A stretch of 8,013 nt of DNA from contig NW_021828648.1 in NCBI RefSeq assembly GCF_006345805.1, positions 1 to 8,013 on the forward strand. The letters are read 5' to 3'. Below the pieces are notes generated by a model, which saw only the letters and a list, made by a program, of their open reading frames with translations, was not told the DNA's origin and made no database searches. Source of the stretch: Octopus sinensis. Its lineage: Eukaryota. A program made the translations under genes and the position numbers. Within the stretch, counting starts at the first letter, position 1; the number at the start of each line of letters is the position of its first letter. This document shows, piece after piece, positions 7,425-8,013 of this stretch.

Positions 7425-7520
7425 ACACACACACACATACATGAATACACACACACACACACACACATACATGAATACACACACACACACACACACATAC
7501 ATGAATACACACACACACAT
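7425..7520. repeat. 30-bp minisatellite built on (CA)n
   Basis: atgaatacacacacacacacacacacatac is perfect twice (7441-7500), with partial units on both sides. Confidence 0.9.
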
Positions 7521-7882
7521 AGCTGCCAAAATAAATTATGTAAATTTTCTTTTCATCCATAATTCTTATGAAAGATCAATATTTATGTTTTGACAGAGCT
7601 GGGTCAAATGGGAGAAGAGAGGTCAAACACTGAATGGGGGGCAGGAGGGGGAGGAGCGTTGGCGCACACACAACACACAACACAAAGCTATTCATCTAAC
7701 ATTTTGCATCTGTGCCAAGAAATCACCCTAATCCTTATCGTATTCCCCATCCCACCCCCTCGACCCTTGCTAAAAATAATCAAAATTAGGGATGACAAGG
7801 ATTGAACTCAGATACATGCTGTTTGAAGTTAATGATTTCTGGAACCATCCCAACTCATTTTTTTTTTCTTTGTCAACTTTTA

Positions 7883-7910
7883 CCCCCCCCCCCCCCCCCC
7901 CCCCCGCCCC
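7883..7910. repeat. Poly-C tract (C23, then gcccc)
   Basis: Direct count of C at 7883-7905. Confidence 0.9.
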
Positions 7911-8002
7911 ACCTCTACCTTCAACACACCTGAAAATCCTCTTTCTTTTCAATAAACAATTGAACTTCCCCCTTTGAAATCCCAACCCCCTGGTTTCTAA
8001 GT

Positions 8003-8013
8003 GTGGCTGTGTG
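8003..8013 (+). mobile_element. Possible 5' end of another family A SINE cut by the window edge
   Basis: gtggctgtgtg is identical to the head at 2076-2086, but the match is only 11 bp. Confidence 0.3.

Noticed and set aside
7590-7985. Exon or short ORFs near the right end
   Set aside because: Low-complexity G/C runs drive the ORFs. A lone ttttgacag acceptor-like site has no convincing donor or coding signal.

Overview
Eukaryotic, non-coding, repeat-dense window with no supportable protein-coding gene; the listed ORFs are short and nearly all read through microsatellites, SINEs or other repeats. The SINE families look like those I recall from octopus/coleoid cephalopod genomes (recall only, no search run). 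Contents: long (TA/TG)n, (CCA)n and (AAT)n microsatellites; four copies of one tRNA-derived SINE family with a central microsatellite; a second tRNA-headed SINE abutting an (AAT)n-tailed element; a 2.5-kb tandem array of a 153-bp unit (16 units plus a partial one) with alternating variants and a junction-spanning hairpin; a 381-bp TA-flanked Tc1/mariner-type MITE that splits a SINE A box and carries an 18/19 match to the CTCF consensus; a small foldback element; and a (GAT)n-tailed retroposon nested in a SINE. The best leads are the CTCF-like site in the MITE and the structured 153-bp array. Neither is shown to be functional from sequence alone.
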